Shown in pieces: positions 48,906 through 59,834 of a stretch of DNA of 64,000 bases; position 1 is the stretch's first letter, and each line of letters opens with the position of its first letter. The notes under the pieces are model-generated. The model worked only from the letters and a program-made list of their open reading frames with translations, searched no databases and was not told the DNA's origin. Location: the NCBI GenBank assembly GCA_020137815.1, contig CM035358.1:6510001-6574000 (forward strand), given 5' to 3'. A program made the position numbers and the translations under genes. The stretch is from Hormiphora californensis (lineage: Eukaryota; Animalia; Ctenophora).

Positions 48906-51900
48906 CTACTCGTCTGGATCGCTTTCAAAATCATACTCTAACTCGTTCCATGGGCAACCCTCTTCCATAGTGATTTCTTTGATCTCATCAATTGCTGAGG
49001 AAAAGTTAAAACCAGGGTTATAGAAAATGATTTTGGGTAGGGATGTGGAGGGTTGTGGTGCTAAACGTATAACAAACAGTCTGTCAGAAACTGATAAACA
49101 GACCAAAGTATCCAAATGCAGCAAAAATTACTTAGCAACAGAACTCTACTTACGGCATAGGTCACTGCTTCTCCAGCTACTGATCGGAACACCTTTCAGT
49201 TCACAAGTTGTCGCATATGCACCGAGGGCGTTACAGAGAGGGAGTTTCTGTGAGCGTCTCCACTCGCTACCACACCAATCCCGAACACAGTTGTCAAAGT
49301 AGAGAGCTGGGTCCACTGTCGCGTGGCAGGAGGTGAAGGGGACCTGGAAAAAAGGGGTTGTAAGGTGTGTCGTCTTTCCAATCTGATACATTATATTGGA
49401 CCTCAAATGTCCGAAAACTTGTGGCAAAACATCGGGGCCCTGGGCTGGCAGACTTTCCCGGCCTAATGATGAAGAATGGTGAAGTTGTCAGGCCAATGCT
49501 CTGACCACAGTTCTCACGCAAGAAGAAATGAGAATAGGGTCAGGCCAATTCTCTGACAGTGGTTAAGCGTGTAGTACCTGGTAGAGGTGTTGTTGGCAGA
49601 GGACTTGTCCCTCAGATTTCCTCTCGGGGAAATAGTCACATGGATCCACGTCCTCACGTGGTGATACGTCGTAACAAGGTCTGTATGTGTTTGTATACTT
49701 CCTGTGTGAAATATGTTGGAGGAAGTTTAGTTTTTTTGACAAGATGAGTTATAGACCCGCTCTATCGATTGAGCACTCTCGGTATTAGGTGCCATCACAC
49801 TGTTAGTTATAGACGCAAGTGATTGGTGTAAGCAGTCGGGCATCACTGCGTCACACTACTCTAAGAGCTCGATAGAACTTCGGCTTTGTATTACCAACCA
49901 CTACTAACCAGCTGTTGCCGAATTCGAGAGGGTTAGTTGTGATATCAGTCCTCCCATTCTTCATGTAATAATCCCGTGACCTATCGTTGTTGTACCGACC
50001 ACACATCCCGCAGGTCCTGTCCTCAGGGAAGTCATCGGGGAGGATTAGGAAGGCCGCATGTAGACCATCCCACTGTATAACAATCTAGGAATGGAGTAGT
50101 ATGTGAGTGGAAACTGGAAGTCTACATGGGTCTGATCGGAATTGGTATCATATTTGGCAGGCTGAAACAAAAATTTCGTTGATTTATTTACTCGTTACAA
50201 TATACTTATTATGTGTGTATGTACATTGTTTGGAAGAGTCACGATAAGGTGTTCAGCGGTCCGTTGGATGGCAAGATTGGTATGGTGAGCGGACATTCCC
50301 TCACCAATTCGGAGCTTAGACCCACCAATATTCACTACCCATCCTCTTTGAAGCTCAATTCCCGTGTGGTTTCCGTTCTTGGCTCTGAGGGAAGTTTAGT
50401 ACTGTCAGGCCAATGCCCCTGACAGAGAAACCACATGTTATGTCCCCGGTGCCCGGATTTTCAAAATTTTAGATAAATACGATTTTCAAAAGTCAAATAT
50501 GCTGCCAACTTTGTCCCAAAAATCGACGATTTTGCTGCCTAGTAAAATAAATGTCTAGAAAGTTTTTAGAAATCATTTATAAATCATTTATTTAAGTTTG
50601 AAAAATTAAAAAATTTTTTTCCCACCCGGGCCCGGTCGGGAATCGAACCCGTGCTGCCGGCAGCACGGATCTATCTTAATTAAGCTAAATACGTGCTGCC
50701 TCATGCTGCCTTCTGTATATCATGCTAAGTTTTACCGTTTTTCCCCGTTTATCGGTTTAGGCACTTGTTTATCGATACTGTGGATGTCCCTGCACCGAAT
50801 ATTACCAAATTGGATGGGTAGAAGGGCGGGAATAGCCAAAAAATCGGTAAATAATGGTACCCGAGGCAGCAGAAGGATTAAGAAAATTTGTGACGTTTAA
50901 TTTGTTTATTTCTTTCATATTCGTGTTTGGAATACTTCTTCGAATATAATAGCCAGAAAAGTAAAACTGATATTGCATAAAATGAGGCTAAATTTTCTAT
51001 GTAAATATGGGGTAAATTTGTGCTGCCTGTGCTGCCTCCACTTTGACGCGTGAGGCCCGGGTTCGATTCCCGACCGATCCCGGGTGGGAAAATTTTTTAA
51101 AAACTTTCTAAATGATTTATAAAGATTAAGCTCTGGCCCTCAGTACATTTATTACTGCCGACAGCGATATTTATTGAACTGCTGACTACTAGGCAGCTTG
51201 TCCAATATGCCTTTAATTTGCTGCCAAATTAAGGGCATTAATCTCTTGGGTATTTGCAATATCTGGGCACCGGAGTTATGTCAGAGGATGGACTAATCCA
51301 TATATCTGATTCGCCTGACACTGCGTGTGTGCTTCGTATGAATAACTCAAATCCACCAACTCTCTTCTCACCTGTAGTAGATGGTGAGGGATTCCATGGC
51401 ACTGAGACTTGGTCCATTCCTTCCACCTCCACCACACTCGGAGAACATTCCATAGATCCAGAAGGAACTACAAAGGGAGTCCAGTTGTTAGGGAGTTGTT
51501 AGGGAGTTGTTAGGGAGTTGTTAGGATTGGTTAGTATGGGGATCAATGGGGACAGTATTATAATTGTACCGTCTTTTGGTTGCTTCACGGACCACGCTTG
51601 CTATACGGTTATGGATTGCTAATACGGTTATGGGTCGCTATACGGTTCTCACCTAGAGACGCAGTCCATGGAGAGAACATAAGTACAGATCCCAGGGAAA
51701 TTAAAGGTGTTTCCATCATAAGTCTGAATATGGGGATCTCCCCACAACGAGCACATCTTTCTCTCCTTGATTGGTGTATCTGAGGGGTGAGATTGTTACT
51801 TTAACTAAGAGAGAGTAGGTGAGATTGATACTTTAAATAGGTTGATTTAATATCTCTCTTGATAGGTGTAAGCGCTGTCTACAGCCCTCCGCTATCTGGC

Positions 51901-54900
51901 TCTATTGTACAGGGAAATTTATCTTTATATCTATATTATGTGTGTCTATCAGGGGCGGCTTTGGTACCCGCCCAACCGTCCATGGACGGTTTGTAAATCG
52001 TACCAGCGAGGGGACTGTATTTAGTTGACACTAATTAATTTAAGATGCTGAAAAAATCAAAAAATTCCTAGAAAAATGACATTTTTTTCTTTTTTTCCCT
52101 TTAAAACTGTGAGAAATTTGGTTAACCGCACAAATCTCTTGTGGACGGGTAAGCTGTCACATAATACACTGTGCACCTAGGCGGCTCTAGAGAGGGAGCT
52201 CTCTACACGTTATTACATGTCTCTTACCCGTCCAGGACGTGTATTTGATAGCTCCCTGGAAAATAAAATTAAATGCGAGACTCGAACCCGGTACCTTCTG
52301 CGTTTGAAGTACAGCGCCTTAACCACTCGGCCATATTGGGATGAATTTCGGCGATTTTTATGATATTTATACCTAATTTCACTCAATTCTCAGTTCTCAC
52401 TAAACCAATATTTCTCTTTCTCTCTCTCAATTCTCTGTTTTCTTTTCTTTTATTTCTCTTTTTCTCTCTCGATTATATTTCTCACTCTCACATTTTAAGC
52501 TTCTCAGATTGTTAAAAATATGGTCAAATAAGTAAAAATTTTTCACCCCCCAAACCCCCTTACCGGGGCTGGCGCCCCAGGCCCCGGACGGTTAGGGCAT
52601 CTCGTGGCCGGAGGCCACGAGCCGCCCCTGGTGTCTATATCTACGCGTGTTTGTGTCCCTGTATTGTAGACCTTTTAGTTTGAAAATCAAAATCAGGAGA
52701 GAGCAGGTGAGATCGTTACTATAACTAGGAGAGAGCAGGTGAGATTGTTACTTGAACTAGGAGAGAGCAGGTGAGATTGTTACTTTAAATAGGATTGAGT
52801 AGGTGAGATTGTTACTTTAACTAGGAGAGAGCAGGTGAGATTGTTACTTTAACTAGGAGAGAGCGTGATACCTGCGATAGTGAGCCAGGCCGCCTCACTG
52901 ACCGATCCCAGGCTATTCTGAGCCACACACAGATATTTCCCCGCGTCTTCCTTGGTTACTGCCTCCAGCTCAATGATGGTAGTTACCCGAGTGGACTCGT
53001 CGTTCAGGTTATTAGCATCTCCAATGGGGGGAACCTCGGCGTTCTCATCATCTGGAATGGGGGAGTTGGGGGTTATAATATTTGCAGTTCAGAGTACCAT
53101 TCAAGTCTTATAGGGGGCACAAGCGTGGAATGTGCGGAAATATAAAGCCGTGTGACAACAGATGGTGTCATGTGGCTCACGCTCTGTCTGACCTCGACCT
53201 TTCTTTCAGAGAACGGGTCTGGCGCACGTATAACGCTTATAGCAGACGGCTCAGGCTTGTGTCCCCTTCTATCAGGCTGCTTCACTGGTAACAGTGTGTG
53301 CCACATGCTCACAATTTATGCAATATGAACAAACAGTCTTGCGACTTTCGAAGGAGAGTAAAATCCCGGTCCCACCACTTATAATGTGTTAACCTGCCTG
53401 TGGTAAAGTCGGATTTTTTGAAGTTGTCACCCCCCTTCTCGTGCGCGGAATGTTTTTGCGCGTCACATCACATGTTAACGTGTGGTGTGCGCGGCAAAAT
53501 TGATAAATTTCACATGCGCGGTCATTTTGGGGTGACAACTTCAAAAAATCCGACTTTAGTTCCTGACGGTGGGGCTATTCTCCTAGTGCCGCCGATATCG
53601 CTTTGCGATATTCCCATGTGGGCTTGCCGTTGGCAAGCCCAGGCACTCTGTAGATAGATAGATAGATGCTCACAGTGCATGCTCACAATTGTGTGCTGCA
53701 AGCACAGTGTCAATTAACGACTGATCAAGCTCACAGTGTAACACAGCTCAGAACATGTGTTATTGTGTTCGAACACCTTGTTGGGCGGTTCTACTTGCTC
53801 GGTACTCCGCTGCGAGAAATTAGTTGTCCATATAAAACAACACTAGCAGTTTGTCGAGTAAGTTGTCTATATAAAACAGCACTAGCAGATCATTTGTTCA
53901 ACAACTCAACAACAAGAGATCACGTGGCCTATCATGTGGCCCATCATGTGGCCCATCATGTGGCCTATCACGTGGCCTATCATGTGGCCCATCACGTGGC
54001 CCATCATGTGGCCTATCATGTGGCCTGTCATGTGGCCCATCATGTGGCCTATCATGTGGCCCATCATGTGGCCTATCATGTGGCCTGTCATGTGGCCCAT
54101 CATGTGGCCTGTCATGTGGCCTGTCATGTGGCCTGTCATGTGGCCTGTCATGTGGCCTAACACGTGGCCTATCATGTGGCCTATCATGTGGCCTATCATG
54201 TGGCCTATCATGTGGCCTATCATGTGGCCTGTCATGTGGCCCATCATGTGGCCTGTCATGTGGCCTGTCATGTGGCCTGTCATGTGGCCTGTCATGTGGC
54301 CTAACACGTGGCCTATCATGTGGCCTATCATGTGGCCTATCATGTGGCCTATCATGTGGCCTATCAATTGGCCTGTCATGTGGCCTATCATGTAGCCTAT
54401 CAATTGACCTATCATTATACACCTCATACTATATCTGCTTTCCATGGTTGGTCCTTTTTATATAAATCAAGCTGAATGGATCGTGGTGAAGTGTTTTACT
54501 ACCCAAGCTGAATCCAACACTACTACATACCTAGTTTGATGATGATAACAGTGGCGGGAGGTCGAGATGAGGAGGTGCATTTGAAAGTGACGGTATCTCC
54601 CACACGTGCAGTAATATTCACCGGTCCCTGGAGGAATGTATAATTGGTTACATTTGGTTACATTTGCAAATAGCCATGGCTACTTTAGATTTCTTTCAGT
54701 TTCTCTTGGTTATGAAAGGACCAGTTTTACAGGTAATACTTTTCTTAGTTACCCTCCTTAAAATAATATTTATAAACTCGGTCTACGCTGCAGTGATAAA
54801 CTATCTTGCCAGAGAGTTCAAAAACGTGTAAACTGATGGGAGCCTGCACTGCATGGTAAAGTACCGCAATAAAATATCTCATGTACCAAAACTGAAAACA

Positions 54901-57146
54901 CCGCAATATAATAATGTACCGTGATGATGACGGGAGGATGATCAAGACCCTCCTCAAAACTCCCCAGAATCTCAGTATCATCGACCGTACTGGTTATCTT
55001 CTTCACCTCGTTACTCTCAATGTTACTCAGTTCCAACTGGAACGCCTTCTGACAGATGTAGTTGAACCTGGGAGTATAGGATTAAAAGGATGTAGTTGAA
55101 CCTGGAAGGGTAGTTTTAAGCAGCTGTGTCGAATTGAACAGCTGGATAGTGCCATCGAGTAACTCCCGACTATAGCACATAGTCTTTGTTCTACTGTATG
55201 GCGGCGCCCATACCCCAATTTGATTCTCACAGTGGTCCTCCGACATATTCCGACGTGAAATTCGACCTAGATCTCGACCTGGAATGAGCCGCGCATCAGA
55301 GAGATGTGCCGCAGTAAGAAAATGATGTCGCGCTTCAACTCTTTTCTCTCGCTAGTCTTTGTGTCTCTCTCACTACGAATGCGCGCCTCATTCCAGGTCG
55401 AGATTCTCGTCGAATTTCACGTCGAGGTATGGCAATTATGTTGGATGACCACTGTCAAGCGCGCGACAGTGCGGTCAGATGGGGTCGGCGGCGCCAGACA
55501 GTTGTTCTACGACTAGGTAGTAGGTAGTAGGTAGTCTTTCCAGTCCAATCATATCTCGATTCCTAATAACAGAGCTATAAAACTCAGAATTGTTACCTGT
55601 TTCCTCCCTCTACTGCATCCCACAGACCATCAGCCCGAATGGCAGCAAAAATGGGAGAATTTGTGGTACGGGGTGTCTTGTCAAAGTTCTGCCAATCAAT
55701 CTGGGTCCCATCGTTCAGTGTTATCACCCAGTTCTCGATCCAGAACTTACCCAGCCAGACCTAGTTGGATATGGCGGTAAGGGGGAGGGGTGGTGTGAGA
55801 TACTACTCGTCCAGCCACACCTATTGTTGGAGATTGTGTTGGTACTTGGCATATTATATATGGCATTATAGTTTAGGGCATAAATTATAATGCAACGCGC
55901 TTTCTAAGAAGAGCGGACAGTTTATTCAGCTTACATACCAGGAACCGACCGAATCAGGAAATACTGGTCCCTGATTGGCTGATAACCAGTCACGTGACCT
56001 AAATAACGAGCTCTGATTGGTTGTTTACATACCATGTCAACGTCCATATCTTGAAGGAGTTCTGTGATTCGATCGTTCTGGACAGCATCCTCGATCAACA
56101 GGAGCTGCATACCCAGACGCTCACACCTGTGGAGAGAGAGAGGGAAATAGGGGGTTACCAAGGCGACATTGGGGGAGTTAGTGGTTACCATGGTTATAAC
56201 TAGCTGCCATGGTGGCAGTAGGGTTGTCATGGTGATGATCAGCACTCACGCTTTGTTTGCGGCGGTGAATCCCTTGTTCTCCTTGTAGAGGTAGTAAATG
56301 TAATGTATTCCCTCACTCAGCAACTCAATTCGTGCATCAGAGCCCTCCTCGTTGTCTTCAATCGTGTTGGAGAACTAAAAGGATTTGGTTGTCAGTGGAC
56401 GTGACTGGTTTTAGAATAGGTGCTTCTGTAATGTGGCGTTATCTAGTTTGCATCTTACCACATTTATTTAGCCGGAATTACTAGATTCGAGCTTGACAGA
56501 CCGGGTCTCCAGCGATTACCCCGCGATTACTAGATTCGAGCATGACATGCATTGTTCTTACCTCAGTGGTCGGTAATTCCTTTATTGTTCTTACCTCAGT
56601 GGTCGGTAATTCCTTCATTGTTCTTACCTCAGTGGTCGGTAATTCCTTCATTGTTCTTACCTCAGTGGTCGGTAATTCCTTCATTGTTCTTACCTCAGTG
56701 GTCGGTAATTCCTTCATTGTTCTTACCTCAGTGGTCGGTAATTCCTTCATTGTTCTTACCTCAGTGGTCGGTAATTCCTTCATTGTTCTTACCTCAGTGG
56801 TCGGTAATTCCTTCATTGTTCTTACCTCAGTGGTCGGTAATTTCTTCATTGTTCTTACCTCAGTGGTCGGTAATTCCTTCATTGTTCTTACCCCAGTGGT
56901 CGGTAATTCCTTCATTGTTCTTACCTCAGTGGTCGGTAATTCCTTCATTGTTATTACCTCAGTGGTCGGTAATTCCTTCATTGTTCTTACCTCAGTGGTC
57001 GGTAATTCCTTCATTATTCTCACCTCAGTGGTCGGTAATTCCTTCACGGGGTAGTCCTCTGTAGCAGGGTTGATGGAGGGCAGCTCAGTTGACTCTGTGT
57101 AGGGAAGGGTACTCTCCGTCACATCTTGTCCTGGCTCACTGTAACC
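48906..57146 (-). CDS. Extracellular protein: mucin-like repeats, C-type lectin, Ig, vWD (GDPH), C8 (5' exons not found)
   Basis: 14 phase-consistent exons: 57146-57024, 56374-56250, 56126-56033, 55760-55597, 55067-54920, 54627-54531, 53051-52872, 51779-51653, 51467-51372, 50384-50225, 50084-49909, 49701-49578, 49343-49154, 48994-48906. Motifs ACERLGMQL…VWLG…FNYICQK; VGDTVTFKC…[11 protein letters not shown]; [14 protein letters not shown]…TCGMCGRYN…FGNSW; [10 protein letters not shown]…C..D.C…AYATTC…WR…C. Confidence 0.92.
51950..52630. mobile_element. hAT-type non-autonomous element
   Basis: TIR CAGGGGCGGCT. 8-bp TSD GTGTCTAT at 51942-51949 and 52631-52638. Confidence 0.9.
52272..52340 (-). 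pseudogene. tRNA-derived sequence (A/B boxes, UCA in the anticodon position, no acceptor stem)
   Basis: TGGCCGAGTGGTTAAGGCG-CTGTA-CTTCAAA-CGCAG…CCGGGTTCGAGTCTCG. The 5' and 3' ends do not pair. Confidence 0.65.
52696..52863. repeat. 32-bp tandem repeat (AGGAGAGAGCAGGTGAGATTGTTACTTTAACT) x~5
   Basis: Related copies at ~51785-51836, next to a real acceptor of the vWD gene. Confidence 0.85.
53404..53558. mobile_element. MITE with 30-bp TIR
   Basis: TAAAGTCGGATTTTTTGAAGTTGTCACCCC and its exact reverse complement. TSD unclear. Confidence 0.75.
53920..54400. repeat. 12-bp minisatellite (CATGTGGCCTAT)n
   Basis: Tandem array inside an intron of the vWD gene. It produces spurious ORFs in several frames. 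Confidence 0.95.
55230..55454. mobile_element. MITE with 3-bp TSD (PIF/Harbinger-like), nested in another MITE
   Basis: TIR CAGTGGTC…GACCACTG with long imperfect arms. TSD TCA at 55227-55229 and 55455-55457. Confidence 0.75.
56550..57045 (-). repeat. 33-bp in-frame VNTR, 15 units ([11 protein letters not shown]), almost all containing a splice donor
   Basis: Minus-strand unit GAATTACCGACCACTGAG|GTAAGAACAATGAAG. Confidence 0.95.
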
Positions 57147-57410
57147 CTGCAGAGGAATATTATAGTGATTTCAGCCCTGGTGGGATGTGTGATTGTGAGG
57201 GGAGATAAATAGATATGAGGACCTGGCCCTTACTGATCAAGGCCCGGGGCGCTGGCCAGCGCTATGGTGTGACTGGGTGTGACTTGTGGCTTATTTATTC
57301 TTGTTCAAGTCACTGGGTAGTGGGTACCCTGACCCGTGTGCTTCCCAATTTCCAGCGTCTTTTTGCCAATAAAACTGTATCCCCATTGCCAAACTTTTCC
57401 TAGCTCTATA

Positions 57411-57578
57411 ATGTTGATATCAAGGATATTCTGGGGATGTATCTGGATGGCGGCCCTCGATTTAATCCTGATTGGTGTAGCATATGTTGTTGAAAGTTGC
57501 ATCCGGAGTTCGAGAAGAAGACGAAGACGGAGAAGGTACATTTTATGTAGACGTTGTGGGGGATGGAGGGCCTGCTAA
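57411..57578 (+). CDS. Putative micro-protein: one TM helix + poly-Arg/Cys tail (55 aa)
   Basis: MLISRIFWGCIWMAALDLILIGVAYVVESCIRSSRRRRRRRRYILCRRCGGWRAC, after acceptor-like TTTTCCTAG. ATG-less homolog at 58715-58882. Confidence 0.4.
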   Translation: MLISRIFWGCIWMAALDLILIGVAYVVESCIRSSRRRRRRRRYILCRRCGGWRAC

Positions 57579-57825
57579 CAACAATCCGATAGAGAAGAGT
57601 TGTTGTTTTTAAATTTCTTACCGTTTTATAATAATATCGTTTAATAATTTAATTTATTCCGTCAATGATGTGTTTTTAAATAAACCAATAATAACCCGTC
57701 CCCTACTGTATGGCGGCGCCATACCCAATTTTATTATCAGATGGGTCGCGGCGCCAGACAGGTCCCCTATGTAGCCATGCTAACCAATCCTTCCTTGCTC
57801 TAACTAATCAATATTCTTCTTAGCT

Positions 57826-58650
57826 ATGTCAGAATCTTTTGAACTTGTCATTGACTACAATACGGTTTTTGCGATACAAAACCTGGTGATAATAATCATA
57901 TTCATTGTACTAGTAAACCCGTTCGCCCTACGGGCGAATTTCGCGGAAATGGTGGTAGCTGGATTAGGAAATACTGACATCACCAGTCGAACTGTTGACA
58001 TGCACTATCCCTACGGCAACGTAAAAGGAGCTGAGGCGGGATCGCTGCGAGTTTTAGAACGCCAGAAGATGATCAGGCGATCAAAGTGATAAAAGAACTT
58101 ACTATTTTGCAGATTTCTCGCATTTCGTCAGATTGTGGTCATCTGCCTTAATCTCTGAGATTGATCATCGGTTCTGTTTAATCTCCAACGTCTTGTTCGT
58201 TCTCTCTGCACTTCTCTTGGTGTTGCTGCATTTAACCCCTCAGTGTATGGAAAAGTAGAGAACGGCGGTCGGATCTTGCATGAGTAACTCCAATTGTCGC
58301 TGTCGTATATCAGCAGTTGTTGAAGAGAGCATTATATTAGCTGGAACAGTGACGCAATACAAAGCAAGATCAGATGCACGTGCAACTGCACTACAATAGT
58401 AACAATCCTTGGTAACGGCTCCCAGCCCTGGCCCCACTCCAGCTAGTAGTACTCCACCTCTAAACCTGCACGTGCAAAATGCCATATTTGGTAAAAAACG
58501 TTACACTGGATTTCCCTATTTGCTTTAATAATAGTATGATTTATGGCCGTGACCGAAAGGAAGATTGTCGGAATCAAGAAAGAACTAAAAACGATTAAAG
58601 AGAAACTTCCGAAGGTTTCGAAGAATCGAGGAGTAGTTGTTAATGTTTAG
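57826..58650 (+). pseudogene. TM/coiled-coil micro-protein A, split by a Helitron
   Basis: 57826-57909 joined to 58540-58650 gives MSESFELVIDYNTVFAIQNLVIIIIFIVFMAVTERKIVGIKKELKTIKEKLPKVSKNRGVVVNV* (64 aa). Confidence 0.7.
57910..58539 (-). mobile_element. Non-autonomous Helitron
   Basis: Minus strand starts TCATACTATTATTAAAG and ends with hairpin TTCGCCC-GTA-GGGCGAA then CTAG. Inserted between A and T with no TSD. Confidence 0.85.
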
Positions 58651-59114
58651 CTCCAAAACTTCGTGAATCTAAAGGCGCCTTGCCTGGCTAGACTGTGTTA
58701 GGGTTAGAACATAACAAAAGGCGCCCGGGGATATCATATATTTTCTCTGGGGATTCTGTGACCGGTTTCTCTACTTAGCGTATGTTATTGCAATTTTGAT
58801 TCGGGCTGGCTGGAGAGTGGAGGACGGAGGTTCGGAGCTAAGACAGGGAAGGAGGAGATGTATGTATGTAGATCCCTTGTGATTAGGACTAACTGGCATT
58901 CGGATAGTTGGGACTGAAGTATTTTTAAATTTTGATTTATAATTATTTTAATAATCTAATTCTGTTAATCCTGTTGTCTTCTGAACCAATGATACCCCTA
59001 CTCCCTAGTGGCCTCTCTTTGAAGCCATGCCAACCCTCCGTTGGATCTAACGCTGGCATGTCCTTTGTACTAAGATATTCAGCTGGTCAACTAACCATTA
59101 TCTTTTAGCCAGCT

Positions 59115-59348
59115 ATGATTTCTAATGAAGCACTACGTGACGATCATGTATCTCTTGCAGAAATGATGGTGACCTTAGTGAAGCTACAGGCGGTAACAAT
59201 AATATGCATCATGCTGTTTATGGTGATGTTCTTTGTCCTATCAGTTGGATTTTATTGTGTTTCATCGTTCAATATGAGGAGTGTACTAAATAAGTTATCG
59301 GTAATCGAAAAGAAACAACTGGATGCTTCAAAAAATGAAGTTGTTTAA
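59115..59348 (+). CDS. TM/coiled-coil micro-protein B (77 aa)
   Basis: Hydrophobic AVTIICIMLFMVMFFVLSVGFYCV, then MRSVLNKLSVIEKKQL…NEVV. Preceded by CTAAC…TTTTAGCCAG-CT-ATG. Confidence 0.7.
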   Translation: MISNEALRDDHVSLAEMMVTLVKLQAVTIICIMLFMVMFFVLSVGFYCVSSFNMRSVLNKLSVIEKKQLDASKNEVV

Positions 59349-59609
59349 TTGAATGGACCAAGGGAAATAATACTAACTTTATTATTAAATTAAGCGGTGC
59401 AAGGGCCGGCTATTTTATTTTCAAGGAATGACAAAGTATGGCTTGTGAAGAAAGTGCAGGGGACTCAAATATTTTTAAATTTCGTACCTTTTATAATGAT
59501 ATCGTTGAACAATCTAATTTATCCCGTTAATAATGTGTTTTTATCCAACAACCCTCCCCCTTCTCTCATGATTTGAAACAACCTATCACAACTAACTTTA
59601 CTCTTAGCT

Positions 59610-59834
59610 ATGGAACCAACTCTTCAAATTGTTGGCGGCATTTTCCTCGGCATTTTCCTCGGAATTTTCCTCGGCATTTTCCTCCTCGCGGTATACATAT
59701 TGTACATATTGTACAAATGTGTTGACCATTTGACCGGCACAATACTGAAAACCAAAGAACGAGTTGATAAGCTGGAGGGGGAACTAAAAACGGTTCGAAG
59801 GACCTTACGGGAGAATCAGGTATCGGTTGTTTAA
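59610..59834 (+). CDS. TM/coiled-coil micro-protein C (74 aa)
   Basis: (GIFL)x4 TM segment, then TKERVDKLEGELKTVRRTL…SVV. Preceded by CTAAC-TTTACTCTTAG-CT-ATG. Confidence 0.7.
   Translation: MEPTLQIVGGIFLGIFLGIFLGIFLLAVYILYILYKCVDHLTGTILKTKERVDKLEGELKTVRRTLRENQVSVV

Noticed and set aside
52272-52340. Functional tRNA-Sec or opal suppressor gene
   Set aside because: No acceptor stem, a mismatch in the anticodon stem, no long variable arm, and it lies within a transposon.
53898-54445. His-rich, RPHD-repeat and WPIM-repeat ORFs
   Set aside because: Translations of a 12-bp intronic minisatellite, open in four frames.
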